Shown here: positions 9,629 to 19,762 of the stretch, in pieces
Position numbering within the stretch: position 1 is the first letter of the stretch
Layout of the letters: each line of letters begins with the position of its first letter
Assembly: GCA_030431555.1 (NCBI GenBank)
Contig: JAUIIP010000001.1
Coordinates: forward strand, 2,062-66,061
Length of the DNA: 64,000 bases
Direction: 5' to 3'
Origin: a bacterium
GTDB taxonomy: Bacteria > Bdellovibrionota_C > UBA2361 > SZUA-149 > JAGRAN01
Made by a program: the position numbers and the translations under genes
The notes under the pieces: model-generated
Databases searched by the model: none
Told to the model about the DNA's origin: nothing
Seen by the model: the letters and a program-made list of their open reading frames with translations, nothing else

Positions 9629-9822
9629 ATTACCACAGCATAATGAAGATAATTCTAGTTAAGGGCCTGCGTATTTTAAGGGTTTTTTGCTGAAAAATAT
9701 TATTGCCGCCAACTGAGGGCGCTACCTGTGCGTAAGAATATGGGTGAATAACCCTTTTTCAGCCAAACTCGCACTTGTCGTCTCACATAGTTCCGGCAAG
9801 CGGCACTCGGTTGCCTGAGCCG

Positions 9823-10281
9823 TTAGTAGTAAGTGCGGGTGTTGCCGGGCAACCCACCATCACCGCCGTCTTGAATCGGTGGATAAGCTTCACCCTCGTT
9901 GCGAGGAATAGCTTGATTAGGCCTGGTAGACATCGTACCACCGCCAAGTTGAGGATCAGCTGTTGAACCGGGGTCGTCCGTTTCGCCGACTGAGTCGACG
10001 CCTTCAGATTGGTTCGACGTCTCTACAACGTCAGTAGGATCAAAAACCGGATCGGAGGGCCAGCGTTGAGTGCTTTCTCCCCCATGCGTTGTAGTCATAG
10101 CGATTTGCATACCACCCTGCATCGCCATCGAGGCCTCTACGTAGACTTCTTCTACGTCGCCTCTCACTACAGCTACCGCTACTAGCAAAAGGAAAAGAAA
10201 CAAATAAAGCTGTAAAGCGTACTCTACAATAACGGACCCGCGCTGACTGGCGGCCGCAAAAAACCTAATTCTGTGATTCAT
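9823..10281 (-). CDS. Flp/Tad-type prepilin-like protein with long low-complexity C-terminal tail (start uncertain)
   Basis: QRG|SVIVEYAL prepilin cleavage motif (G-1, E+5, Y+6) followed by a hydrophobic helix. Confidence 0.7.
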   Translation of the reverse strand: MNHRIRFFAAASQRGSVIVEYALQLYLFLFLLLVAVAVVRGDVEEVYVEASMAMQGGMQIAMTTTHGGESTQRWPSDPVFDPTDVVETSNQSEGVDSVGETDDPGSTADPQLGGGTMSTRPNQAIPRNEGEAYPPIQDGGDGGLPGNTRTYY

Positions 10282-10399
10282 GGTGCCCACTTTCCCCATT
10301 TCCACTGCCCTTCTCTAATCCGCTGCCGCGCACCAGGTGCTTCAAAAAACTTAACCTTTTCGCGACTAAGCGCGGCATACTCCTCTAAACAAACCTAAT

Positions 10400-11227
10400 T
10401 TACTTGTCATCCTCCGTTGACCAGCTAAATGACGTGATAACGACTCGACCTCCGCCTTTTCGTGACGGCTGGGGGTTGATGTCCTTGTCGAAGTTAGCGA
10501 TAAACTCCCTAGCTTTCTTGTGAAAAATTGCGCCCTGCTCAAACAACCATGATTTAATCTCTGGTATGGCGTCCTGAAACACGTTGTCGTATTCGGTTCG
10601 ATTATGATGGTTTCTGATCTCATCGCCGGATACAACGTTTTCTTCAACCGCTCGAATAAATGCGTCGCTATCCCTAGAGAGAAGCTTAAACGCGTCCAGG
10701 GAGTCATATTGCACCTGGTCAGTTGTTCTTGTGAGCTTCACCCCTCCTCGGGTCCGCTCTACTGCACCAATTCGCTCTAATTCAGCCAGCACACTAGCCG
10801 GACCGACATCTCGGCTTACAGCAGCCACTAACTTGGTAAAATCGCTGTCTTCATCTCCGAAACTTAAGATTCGCGGCTTGCCCGACTTGGTTAAAAAATG
10901 CGGATCTTGCTCCCACTGACCCAGGATGCGTGAAGCAAGACTTTGCCGATCATCAACTGTCTCCCCGCGCTTATAAATGCGCGTAACCTCCCGTCGATTA
11001 ATGCCAGTGGTCACACTCAGTCGGCTTACGGTCACACGCTCGCCGCGAGACTCAATCTCGTCCGCTGCAAGATTGAGGAAGACCTGCTTCTGAATTTCCA
11101 CCAACTGGTGATAACGCAGACCATGGCGAAGGCAGAAGGTGAGAACTGGTCGCACCAGCAACCTAACCAGCTCACCTGAATTTCGACCCAAAAGACCCCG
11201 CATAAGACTCACTTGTGCATTACTCAC
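10400..11227 (-). CDS. DUF6502 family protein
   Basis: LVRPVLTFCLRHGL, TVSRLSVTTGINRREV, ILGQW, F..LV..VSRDV.P..VL.EL.R.G motifs. Confidence 0.85.
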   Translation of the reverse strand: MSNAQVSLMRGLLGRNSGELVRLLVRPVLTFCLRHGLRYHQLVEIQKQVFLNLAADEIESRGERVTVSRLSVTTGINRREVTRIYKRGETVDDRQSLASRILGQWEQDPHFLTKSGKPRILSFGDEDSDFTKLVAAVSRDVGPASVLAELERIGAVERTRGGVKLTRTTDQVQYDSLDAFKLLSRDSDAFIRAVEENVVSGDEIRNHHNRTEYDNVFQDAIPEIKSWLFEQGAIFHKKAREFIANFDKDINPQPSRKGGGRVVITSFSWSTEDDK

Positions 11228-11897
11228 ATATTGTTATAGCTGACTCGGCCAAAACTGTCGCATACATTACGCTTCTGCGCTGCCGTTCTGCGCACTTCTG
11301 AGCACACGAAAGGCCGAGACAACGACAAATGTTGCTTAAGCTCCCGCTTATACTACTTTTTATGTCAGATTCAAGTGAGCGGCTGCGCCAAGACTTGCAG
11401 CTTATTCGTGCATACTGCACAAATAAGCGCACACTCTTCCCGGACAGGCGCATAATGCTAGTAGTGAGTGGGCAGAAGTCAAACAGCTCACAAGCAACAG
11501 TAGCACGACGACGCTACGTTATACACCCGACTAACGACACAGTATTCCCTGGGCGCCTCCCGGCGCCCAGGGCCCCCCTTACATCGAAGAACAAAGCTAC
11601 AGCAATCTGTGCAATTATCCCAAATATATACAAGAAGACCCAAAGTCCAAAAGCTCCTTCCTGCTATCTCCCTAAAAATAAAGCCTTTATCCACACAAAG
11701 GCTTAAAAATGAAAGATTGCTTTGTGCATTTCGCACAAACAGAGGACACGACTATCTACTTGTGGCATAACCTCTATTGGAAGGCGTCAGGCGCCGTTGA
11801 AGTAGAGCCACAACATCCATTAACTTATTGGTTCCCCTTCAAACCCGGCCCTCAAATACATCCGCGGCGCCTGACCCTTCCCTTCATACTGACCAGT

Positions 11898-12770
11898 TCA
11901 CTCGAAACACTTTCCGATTGCCCCCGACACCGCCGAATAGACCCTGACAAATAAGTCGTTGTGGCCGGCATCCTCCGAGGGAACGAAGAATGACCGGCCT
12001 GCGCCCCGATAACTCTCAGAGACCAATCTCCCCTGCTCGAATGGAATAATCCTATCCTGCTTTCCGTGAGCGACAACTAAGCAGGTGTTACCCAACATGC
12101 TCACGTCACTGCGAACAGGAAAGTCATAAAAGGAGAGTGGATAGAGAAAGCCGAAAAGCGGCGTGTTTTTGACCGCGTCAGGAAGCGACGTAAATGGAGA
12201 GAAAAGCACCAGTGCGCCAGGCCGGAACTCCACAGCAGCAGAAGCAGCTGGACCGCCACCAATAGAAATGCCGACCAGTACGAGGTCTTTCGACGCGACA
12301 CCTTCTTTATCGAGAACATGCTTAACAACCGCTCTCCCATCTTCGTTTAGACCGCTTTCGGTAAAGGGCCAGCCGCTGCTCTTACCGTAGCCGCGATAAT
12401 CAAAGCCGTAAGACGTGTAGCCCATTTCGTGAAAGAAAACCTGGTAGCCGAAAAAATTTTCGACGTCTCCCGCGTTACCATGAAAGATCACTGCAACCTT
12501 AGCAGCGCCGTCAACCCTAAGCCGCCAGGTCTCAAGTGCTTGACCGTCGACAGTTTCCACAAAGAAACTTTCCACCCCTTCAGGCAGGGTGTGGGGTTCC
12601 CGCCAAGAATCATTAGATATCGACATCAAAGCCCCTGGGAAGATTTGGATGCTCTGAGTGAGCACGACGACGATAGCAATAACTGTCGCCGCCACGATCA
12701 GCCGCAACCAAAAAGGCAGAGAGAGAAAACGCGTATTTACCCGTTCCAAATGGCTTGAGTCACTGTTCAT
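11898..12770 (-). CDS. Alpha/beta hydrolase with N-terminal membrane anchor (ABHD12/13-like)
   Basis: FHGNAG, DYRGYGKSSG, GISIGG nucleophile elbow, HGKQD, GHND. Confidence 0.92.
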   Translation of the reverse strand: MNSDSSHLERVNTRFLSLPFWLRLIVAATVIAIVVVLTQSIQIFPGALMSISNDSWREPHTLPEGVESFFVETVDGQALETWRLRVDGAAKVAVIFHGNAGDVENFFGYQVFFHEMGYTSYGFDYRGYGKSSGWPFTESGLNEDGRAVVKHVLDKEGVASKDLVLVGISIGGGPAASAAVEFRPGALVLFSPFTSLPDAVKNTPLFGFLYPLSFYDFPVRSDVSMLGNTCLVVAHGKQDRIIPFEQGRLVSESYRGAGRSFFVPSEDAGHNDLFVRVYSAVSGAIGKCFE

Positions 12771-12927
12771 AGCTGAAGGAATTTAGCTTAGCAGTCGAGA
12801 TCATATCTTCTTTTCTGGCTATGCTAAACCTTTCTCTGCGTAAGCTTCCTTTCATGCAACTAACCTAAAGCTTGCGAACTAGATGCTGCATTAAAGTCCT
12901 CCGTAGGGTAAGGGTCTAGTTGAAGAC

Positions 12928-15135
12928 ATGAACTCGACAGCAGCTCGCAAACTCCTTCTGACGTGTGTCGCATTTGGCGGATTCGCCGGACTATGCTGGG
13001 AAATCATTTGGCAGCTGCGGGCCTCGCTTGCAATTGGTGTGTCGGCTCATGCAGCAGCCTTCGTGCTCGCTGGTACGATGGGCGGAATGACGATCGGCAC
13101 CCTGCTTAGTGGACGCCTACTCCGGATTTACCAGCAGAGGTTCTCTCCATTTACTATCTATGGCGCTCTTGAGGCAGTGGTCGGCGCCTGCGGCTTGTTT
13201 CTCGGGCAGGCGTTCGATCTGGTCAGCTCTCTCGATACTGTGAGCTACGCTTGGAGTCCGGATTTGACTCCCGTCATCCAACTTTCACTGATGCTATTTA
13301 TTATTGGCCCGCCTTCAATGGCCATGGGTGCAACAATTCCAGTGTTTGGTTTGCTGGCGAAAGCAACGGACTCGTCCGTAGCATTGCTTTACGGGCTTAA
13401 TGTTCTCGGAGCCGCCCTCGGAGTTTTGCTCCTGGCCTTCGCAATTCTACCCAGCGCCGGCCTCAACAGCGCCGGCATACTACTCGCCGGAATCAACTTC
13501 GCAATAGCTGCCTTAATGGTTATAGTCCGAGGACAGGAAACGGCACCGCAAACGCTCGACACAAATGCGCAAGAAGGCAGCGTAGAGGTCTCGGACTATT
13601 TAGCAGCGTTCATGAGCGGATTCGCGATTCTTGCACTCGAAGTGCTTTGGTTTCGGGCAATGAGGTCCGCGTTTCTCAGCACGGCACATAGCTTTTCAAT
13701 AATGCTTGCTTCCGTACTTCTATCGTTGGCCGCGGGAGCGCACTTGGCACCTGTGATACGCAGAAGCTGTATCGACAAGTCTGTTATTTTAGTGCTTGGC
13801 GGCGCGCTGGTACTATTGACGGCACCTCTGGTCGAAAGACTCGACGCGTTGACTACCTTTTATGCATTAGACCCCAACTTGAGTAAATTTCTTCTGGCCC
13901 TAGGCGTTGTCGGTCCCCCGGCTGTGGTCCTAGGGGTTATTTTTCCGTACGTGCTCGAGCGAGGGAAGCAACCTCTGAGATGGAGTCTGTTGCACGGCAG
14001 CAATACTTTTGGCGCAATCATCGGAGCTCTTGGAGCAGCCTGGATTTTCCTGCCAAGTCTAGGTGTAGCAAAGTCTCTGTGGTTAATTGGAACGTTAACT
14101 GCGGCGTTTGGTACAAGCTTGATGCAGTCCCATCTGCAGCGATTGCGGGCTCTAAGTGCCGTTGCCGCATGTGTTATCACTGCGGTTCTCGGATATTCAT
14201 CGATCGGCTCCACGCGCATAATTGGGGCAATGCGAACCGATTCGGGTGCCTATAAGGTACTGGGATACGAAGAAACTCCCGATTACTCTGTTGCGGTCAT
14301 CGAAAACGATCTTCGAAGAGCGTTGTTCATTGACGGTTTCAGTGCAAGTGCGGATCTAGGGTCTGTCGGCTATATGGCATGGATGGGAAGGCTTCCGATG
14401 CTGCTGCATGAGGCACCCAAACGGGCTCTGATAATCTGCTTCGGGCGCGGAGTTACCGCTGCCGCTCTTCGCAGCGAGAACCCGGACAGAATAGATTTGG
14501 TCGACATAAGCGACGCCGTGTTTCGAATGTCCGAGTTCTTTCAAGCAGTCAACGACAGTATTCTGGACGACCCGCGCGTGCGCACGGTTGTGATGGACGG
14601 CCGCGCCTGGCTCAGACGAACAACTTCTCTTTATGACGTTATTACACTAGAGCCGATGCCTCCAACATTCTCCGGAATGAACAATCTCTATTCCAGGGAG
14701 TTCTATCAACTGGCAAAAGCGAAATTAAATCCGGGTGGAACAATCGCGCAGTGGCTGCCGATGCATTTGCTGACACCAGAGCAAACTAGGTCGATCGCCG
14801 CTACATTCATCGAGACTTTTCCTAACTCAGTTTTATGGATTTACCAGCCTTATCGAACCGGAATACTAGTCGGCAAGAATTCAGAGGTCGATGAACTCGA
14901 CTGGCACAGACTTGAGAACCACGTACCGAGTCGGGAACTGACCGAGAAAGAAATACGTGACTCTATTATCCTCGGCAGAAAGGAACTCAGTATTTATTCA
15001 GACGGGGCCGAGATTATCACGGACGACAATCAAATGTTGTCGTACGGCTGGGGGGTTTTAATGCACGATCTGGGTGAAACGCTCGGAGTCGAGTATGAAG
15101 GTGAAAGTTTGGAACGAATTGAGGCAGCACGATGA
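12928..15135 (+). CDS. Fused multi-TM / spermidine-synthase-like SAM-dependent transferase
   Basis: About 13 TMs, then ALIICFGRGVT, VDIS, DGRAWL, YDVITLEP, LYSREFY, LNPGG. Confidence 0.88.
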   Translation: MNSTAARKLLLTCVAFGGFAGLCWEIIWQLRASLAIGVSAHAAAFVLAGTMGGMTIGTLLSGRLLRIYQQRFSPFTIYGALEAVVGACGLFLGQAFDLVSSLDTVSYAWSPDLTPVIQLSLMLFIIGPPSMAMGATIPVFGLLAKATDSSVALLYGLNVLGAALGVLLLAFAILPSAGLNSAGILLAGINFAIAALMVIVRGQETAPQTLDTNAQEGSVEVSDYLAAFMSGFAILALEVLWFRAMRSAFLSTAHSFSIMLASVLLSLAAGAHLAPVIRRSCIDKSVILVLGGALVLLTAPLVERLDALTTFYALDPNLSKFLLALGVVGPPAVVLGVIFPYVLERGKQPLRWSLLHGSNTFGAIIGALGAAWIFLPSLGVAKSLWLIGTLTAAFGTSLMQSHLQRLRALSAVAACVITAVLGYSSIGSTRIIGAMRTDSGAYKVLGYEETPDYSVAVIENDLRRALFIDGFSASADLGSVGYMAWMGRLPMLLHEAPKRALIICFGRGVTAAALRSENPDRIDLVDISDAVFRMSEFFQAVNDSILDDPRVRTVVMDGRAWLRRTTSLYDVITLEPMPPTFSGMNNLYSREFYQLAKAKLNPGGTIAQWLPMHLLTPEQTRSIAATFIETFPNSVLWIYQPYRTGILVGKNSEVDELDWHRLENHVPSRELTEKEIRDSIILGRKELSIYSDGAEIITDDNQMLSYGWGVLMHDLGETLGVEYEGESLERIEAAR

Positions 15136-15374
15136 GCATGGAGCCGAAGTACTTTAGGAAGCAGCTACTCCGTCCATTTTGGGGCACCGTTGCTGTCCTC
15201 CTTTTGCTAAATCTCCTGGTCTTTCTGGTCGAAAACCGACTCATCGGTCTCGAGAGTTGGCAGATTCCCTGTTTGCTCACATTAGCACTAGGACTGTTCT
15301 ATCTCAGGCTGTTCGGCGAAGTGTTTTGGGTAACTCTGCTAAAGAGCAATAAACATGAAAATCCCAAGCGCTAA
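15132..15374 (+). CDS. Small two-TM membrane protein
   Basis: ATGA overlap with upstream stop; two hydrophobic segments. Confidence 0.55.
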   Translation: MSMEPKYFRKQLLRPFWGTVAVLLLLNLLVFLVENRLIGLESWQIPCLLTLALGLFYLRLFGEVFWVTLLKSNKHENPKR

Positions 15375-16564
15375 ACAACTGCATCGAAAGTCGTCCCCTT
15401 ACGCTCCTCGTCTCTTTGCTGCTCAACTCGGTCCAACAAACTAATGCGATTGTCCTCCTCAGCGGCCTCTTCTTCCGCCTGTGCCGCTGCTTCGTCACCC
15501 TGCTCTGTGCTAAGCAAAGCTTCAACAGTTACCGAATCCAGGGTAGAGGACGATGCCTCGATAAACGACTTATCCAGCGCAGATGCGATCGTGTCAGCGA
15601 GTTTCTCCGGGGACTGACTTAATTTACTTTCGGCCTTCGTTGACTCGGTCGTTGATACAGCAGACTTGTAGCCGACATTTTGCGCCGCTGCGTCTAACTG
15701 CTGCTCGGCATTGCCAATGGCAGTTCTTACAGTAGAAACGCTTTCTCTCGCACCACGGACTTGTGCTTGGAAATCAGCAATCGAGACAGTGCGATTAGTT
15801 TCCGACTCAGCATCCCCGTTCACAGGATCCGTTTCTTCAACCTCACCAATCGGCTCCTGCTGTTCGATGCCCTGCTGAAACTCCTGCTCTCCAATTGCAA
15901 TCAGCTCGTCGTCGCCTGCTTGCGCGTCCATAGTAAGCTGATCATCTGCACCAAGACCTCCCTTTATCGTGCCGCCGGTCTTACCTCCTGTCTTACCGCC
16001 AGAGAAACCGCCGCCGGAACCTTCCGCGCTTCGCCGCTCCGCCAAGAATTCCGGTGTGCCGATTCCTAGCGCCTCAGATGAAATGTCAGAAAAAGCGAAG
16101 CTGACTTGCTCTCCCCCCAACTCGAAACTAACCGAATCGCCAAACGCGCGGTTGCCGCCGAAAGACGCGCCTGCCGTTTCGTCGAGCTGATCCATCAAAT
16201 CGCCGATTTCCTTCTCAATATCTTCCTTTTTTCCGGGATTAACTTCCTGCTGAAGTCGTGAAGCCAAGCTATCAATATCGGCTAAAATATTGTCAGCTGT
16301 CTCAGCCGCTGCTCCAGCCACATCCAGATATGATCTTGCCGAGCTCGTTTGCAATGATGTCTCAGCAGACCGGGAATTTGCCCTGGTAGTTTCCAGCGCT
16401 GCTACAGACAGATCTACTTCCGTAGCGTCTTCCCGCAGTGTCCGTTCAATTAGATTATTGGACGCTTGGGATAGTCTTGCCTGTATTCCGGAACCGCTAT
16501 CGGTCGCGGATTTGTTAAACAGATCGCCAATCGACCCCGCATGGCCGCCAATGTTTATATTCAA
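15371..16564 (-). CDS. Divergent flagellin-like protein
   Basis: SYLDVAGAAAETADNILADIDSLA...EIGDLMDQLDETAGASFGG resembles the flagellin D1 N-terminal helices; VSTVRTAIGNAEQQLD resembles the C-terminal helix; TTG start with GGAGG SD. Confidence 0.6.
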   Translation of the reverse strand: MNINIGGHAGSIGDLFNKSATDSGSGIQARLSQASNNLIERTLREDATEVDLSVAALETTRANSRSAETSLQTSSARSYLDVAGAAAETADNILADIDSLASRLQQEVNPGKKEDIEKEIGDLMDQLDETAGASFGGNRAFGDSVSFELGGEQVSFAFSDISSEALGIGTPEFLAERRSAEGSGGGFSGGKTGGKTGGTIKGGLGADDQLTMDAQAGDDELIAIGEQEFQQGIEQQEPIGEVEETDPVNGDAESETNRTVSIADFQAQVRGARESVSTVRTAIGNAEQQLDAAAQNVGYKSAVSTTESTKAESKLSQSPEKLADTIASALDKSFIEASSSTLDSVTVEALLSTEQGDEAAAQAEEEAAEEDNRISLLDRVEQQRDEERKGTTFDAVV

Positions 16565-16807
16565 GATTTCGCCTCCGATGCCCCTTGTTTCAGTCCAAGG
16601 CTGACAGAACCAATGGCCTCACAAAGGTGCAGTCGGTGAATCTACGTACTGGCTTAACGAACTGAAGCGACTGTAGTCGTGCAATGCTGCGTTTTGCAAA
16701 CTTTGCAGGTTGCTCCCAACACAGCGCGCAAACAATTTGGAAAAAACACAGTCAATGCGATCGAATTAGATTCGAGACTTTTTACTGAAAAACTTGCAGG
16801 AACAGAA

Positions 16808-17158
16808 TCAAGTAAGTGCCTTTTTCCACTCCGGCTGCTTGAACCCGACTAGCCCACCTCCCTCAAACAAAAGAAAAGGACGTTTTACCAGCATGCCGTT
16901 CTTACTTAACAGTTCAAGAGCTTGTTTATCAGTCATCGAGTTCAGTTTGTCCTTGAGGCCGAGTTCTCTGTACTGCATTCCCGACGTATTAAAAAGACGG
17001 CGGACCTCTCCATCATAATACTTCAGCATGGATTTTAGTTCGGACTTCGAAGGGGGTTTTTGAGTAATGTCGATCTCATGCGCTTCTAAATCCTTAGCAT
17101 CAAGAAAAGCTTTTGCTTTCTGACAAGTGCTGCATCGCGGGTGATAATAGTATTTCAT
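16808..17158 (-). CDS. ArsC/Spx/MgsR family thioredoxin-fold protein
   Basis: CSTCQKA, LFNTSG..YREL, NGMLVKRP. Confidence 0.93.
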   Translation of the reverse strand: MKYYYHPRCSTCQKAKAFLDAKDLEAHEIDITQKPPSKSELKSMLKYYDGEVRRLFNTSGMQYRELGLKDKLNSMTDKQALELLSKNGMLVKRPFLLFEGGGLVGFKQPEWKKALT

Positions 17159-17365
17159 CGGCTTGCTCCAGATGTGCAAAGTCACATTATATTTAGTATA
17201 TATACTTTAACTCACGCGCGCTAAGCCTGCGCTAACACAAGCTTAACAGCTCTCTTCAACGTCCAGCCGAGTAGACCTATCGCCTTAAGAAAAGGGGTGC
17301 CTGTCTTCGCTGCCAGCGATAGCACCCAATATTCAGGTTTTGCCCCAACGCAAGGAGGACTCGGA

Positions 17366-18190
17366 ATGATCGGAACGAGATCGACCGACGAGTTCGGTCG
17401 CGTGCTCATGATCGCGGGCGACAACCGGAAAGACCACCAGGGATTTCCGCTGCCCGAGAATGAGCGAGAACTGCGCCATGCCCGGCTGCGAAGACGCAAA
17501 CGAGCAGAGACCCTCGGACGCCGACATCCGCCGTCCGGACCCGAATCTGCTCTGTATGCCTTGTCCTGGCTGGGCATGACGATGGAAGAGGTCGTTCGAG
17601 ACTGGCTCTACGAGCAGGGCTTCGAACTGGACCCGCGGCATGAGATCTTCTACACCGAGCGCGACGAAGACGGCAGAGAATGCCCTGCGATGTCGCGCGA
17701 GGTAGATGCCGTAGTAGTTGACCGCCGCGGCCGCCCGCGAATGCTCGTGGAGGTTCGTCTTTCGGTACGAGGAATGCGAGCAGTTCATTCCAAGATGTAC
17801 CAACTCGGCACTACGCTGAGTATCCTTCGGACGCAGCCGCAATGGAGACGTCTGAAGCCGCTGATCGTGTACATTGCCGTCGGAGATCACCAGGACGACG
17901 TGGTAACTGCGCCGCATTGGCTTGTCGATGACAACTTCGACATCAATCCGCTGTGGCAGCGCGCCTACCACCCGGATGAGCTGATTGACATCGGCATTCC
18001 ACGAATCGTCATCCCACTCGGCTGGCTATGGAACTACGCGCTGAACCTCGGATGGGAACTTGAGCAAGAGCTCTGGATCCAGGCCGAGTGGTTCGCACGT
18101 GAACGAGCGCGCCGAATGGATGAACGGATGCGAATTCGTTTTGACCGGATCCGAGAAGAGGCCGAGCATGACCAACTTCCGCCCTCGTAG
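17366..18190 (+). CDS. Hypothetical protein, possible PD-(D/E)XK nuclease fold
   Basis: AAGGAGG SD; MEEVVRDWL...REVDAVVVD...MLVEVR resembles E...D...E-x-K (R in place of K). Confidence 0.6.
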   Translation: MIGTRSTDEFGRVLMIAGDNRKDHQGFPLPENERELRHARLRRRKRAETLGRRHPPSGPESALYALSWLGMTMEEVVRDWLYEQGFELDPRHEIFYTERDEDGRECPAMSREVDAVVVDRRGRPRMLVEVRLSVRGMRAVHSKMYQLGTTLSILRTQPQWRRLKPLIVYIAVGDHQDDVVTAPHWLVDDNFDINPLWQRAYHPDELIDIGIPRIVIPLGWLWNYALNLGWELEQELWIQAEWFARERARRMDERMRIRFDRIREEAEHDQLPPS

Positions 18191-18202
18191 CCTACATGGC
18201 AT

Positions 18203-18271
18203 GGGGCTGACTGTTTTGCCGCGTTCTCCATGAAGGAGTCTGCGCAGGCATCCGAAGACAGCCCCCCTTTT
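18203..18271 (+). terminator. Long compound hairpin with T-tract
   Basis: ggggctg/cagcccc outer stem, tgcc/ggca and ctcc/ggag inner stems, then cctttt. Confidence 0.6.
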
Positions 18272-18285
18272 CTATTGGCGAGGAA

Positions 18286-18630
18286 TTACTGAAGTAAGAG
18301 TGTTTCCAGCGCTTGTGTCTGGGCGCATTTGTCGAGTTCTAGATTGCGCCGTTCAAGGCACTTTTCCACCCGACCACTGCAAATTTCCGATCCGCGGCGA
18401 AGATAATCACAGTCGCCCGACTCGGGGAGAAACGAGTAACCATGACATGCATGCTCAGCTGCATCGGCAAGAGCACTGCAGGAGTGCTCCATTCTTTCAC
18501 AGGCGTCCCCCACGCGCAGCGCTTCACCGCAAGAATCGACATCTGCACGAACACCCGAAGGCAACAGCACAAGACACAGGCAATAACCTGCCAGCCAACT
18601 CAATACCCTGAACCCTGTACTGCTGTTCAC
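18286..18630 (-). CDS. Small secreted cysteine-rich helical protein
   Basis: Signal peptide ending VRA; 8 Cys in the mature part with regular spacing. Confidence 0.6.
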   Translation of the reverse strand: MNSSTGFRVLSWLAGYCLCLVLLPSGVRADVDSCGEALRVGDACERMEHSCSALADAAEHACHGYSFLPESGDCDYLRRGSEICSGRVEKCLERRNLELDKCAQTQALETLLLQ

Positions 18631-18954
18631 ATTAGCCTTAAAACATCGAGTATAAATGCGCAGCGATACCGCCCTAGTTCTATTCTAAGGATATCTGTGC
18701 GCAGCAGTAATCCGGGAAGCTGGGACTCGGCACTAGGAGAATCCTGGATTCAATGGGAATAGGCGGCCCGGACAACCTCCTGAAACACCTGTTAATTTCG
18801 TTGTTTATGCGGCTTTCAGCCCAGCGAAGCAAATAACACTTAGTTGAAGGAAGCCTATGGGGAGAAGGTTCAGTTGGCGCATCCCAGACATGCCGCGTTG
18901 TGTGGGGTGTGCCAACTGCTGGGGCATAGCCACACACTCTCAGGAGAATCATCC

Positions 18955-19707
18955 ATGAGTAAGTGCTCCACTCTTATCGTGATCGTCCTTGTGGCGATCG
19001 GTCTCGTCTTTGGTACTGGCTGTTCCTCGACCATGCGCTCGGGGGATCGTGAGTACCCGGTGGATACGGCTCGGTTCGCCAAGCCCAACACCGACGCCAA
19101 GAGCGCTGCCAAGGAACTCGGCAAGCGTCTCGAGGTGTACCAGAACGAGCTGAACTGCGCTCGCGAACAGCTGGCTGTCCTCCGGGCAGTCCGCAGCACC
19201 CTCGATGACCCTCAGCTCCCCGGAGCGATTTCGGTCATCGAACAACGGGTGACGCAGCTCGAGCTCAGCGTTGCCGAGATCTCTCGGCGGCATGAGCGCG
19301 CAGTTGCTGCAGCGAGTCAGGGCTCGTACGAGGATTTCACCATGAGCCTGCGAGAAGCTCCTGAGCTTCCGCGGGACGCGGTGCGAGACTCACGCGATGT
19401 CCTGAGCCAGCTCGGCGGACGCTATCAACAGCTGAACCGTGAAATCCAGGCCCTCGCGCTGCACATCAGCAACGCGGAGGTCGAGATGGAGCGGCGAGGC
19501 GATGAAAGTCGTTCGCTCGGCATGCAGTATGAGATCGACAAAGCCAGGCACGACTCGCTCGTCGAGGAGTTCCTGAAGACGGAATGGCGGGTGGCGATTG
19601 CGCAATGCGCCGTCAACTACCGCAGCCGTCTCGATCTCAGCACTTTCCTTACGCAGCCCGAGAGCTCGGAGGACGGTGCCGTCAGTCACGCACGACGCGA
19701 CGACTGA
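18955..19707 (+). CDS. Coiled-coil lipoprotein, hypothetical
   Basis: CAGGAG SD; hydrophobic leader ending GTGC; heptad-rich helical body. Confidence 0.7.
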   Translation: MSKCSTLIVIVLVAIGLVFGTGCSSTMRSGDREYPVDTARFAKPNTDAKSAAKELGKRLEVYQNELNCAREQLAVLRAVRSTLDDPQLPGAISVIEQRVTQLELSVAEISRRHERAVAAASQGSYEDFTMSLREAPELPRDAVRDSRDVLSQLGGRYQQLNREIQALALHISNAEVEMERRGDESRSLGMQYEIDKARHDSLVEEFLKTEWRVAIAQCAVNYRSRLDLSTFLTQPESSEDGAVSHARRDD

Positions 19708-19762
19708 CATCAGTTCAGCTAGGGAGGATTTCCCTTTAGATTAGGGCGGAGCCCACTCATGA

